The notes beneath the pieces are model-generated. The model saw nothing but the letters and a program-made list of their open reading frames with translations. It made no database searches and was not told the origin of the DNA. This document shows, piece after piece, positions 41,908-42,020 of a DNA stretch of 42,020 nucleotides (position 1 is the first letter of the stretch; every line of letters begins with the position of its first letter). The stretch spans positions 1-42,020 of IMG/VR virus record IMGVR_UViG_3300014501_000032. One strand, 5' to 3'. This DNA is from a virus (Duplodnaviria; Caudoviricetes). A program made the translations under genes and the position numbers.

Positions 41908-42020
41908 GATAGTCCTCCGTACATGTACAGCCGCCAGCGGCCTGTGTTGTATGCGGGTAGAGCGAGAATTAAACCCCCGCCGTCAACGAAGATACTAGCA
42001 CCATATTGACACACTAGCAA

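Noticed and set aside
1-42020. Integrase, repressor, att sites, tRNAs, introns or inteins
   Set aside because: No recognisable motifs; TerL, helicase and polymerase are of normal length. The window is incomplete, so lifestyle cannot be settled
41908-42020. CtrA box or defined late promoter upstream of the capsid gene
   Set aside because: Only one TTAA half-site and TTGAC-like hexamers without a convincing -10; not enough to call

Overview
The window is most of the genome of a P22-like (podovirus-type) tailed phage, probably of an Alphaproteobacterium (Hyphomicrobiales/Bradyrhizobium-like, inferred from a GcrA homologue and a DUF3309-like peptide). The minus strand carries virion, packaging and lysis genes. 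These are major capsid, gp4/gp10/gp26/gp7-like proteins, a 1371-aa ejection protein with a lytic-transglycosylase motif, TerS-like, TerL, endolysin and holin-like genes, and a fibre/spike cluster. A central block holds small early genes behind repeated sigma70 promoter+RBS units and a plus-strand replication module: Prim-Pol/AAA primase-helicase, SF2 helicase, HNH, DUF2800 Cas4-like nuclease, DUF2815 SSB, family A DNA polymerase, methyltransferase, GNAT and VRR-NUC. No portal, integrase, tRNA or CRISPR array was recognised; a gene truncated at position 1 may be the portal. The most unusual signals are: (1) six fibre/spike-like proteins with Sec-type signal peptides and even, paired cysteine counts, suggesting exported, disulfide-bonded appendages; (2) an [F/M]PW tripeptide at eight protein termini; (3) two early cassettes encoding stand-alone copies of the C-terminal domains of the ejection protein and of the DUF2800 nuclease; (4) roughly 5-fold excess of the palindrome CGTACG; (5) two nearby genes apparently starting at AUU/AUC. 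All family assignments come from motif recognition by eye; no searches were run.
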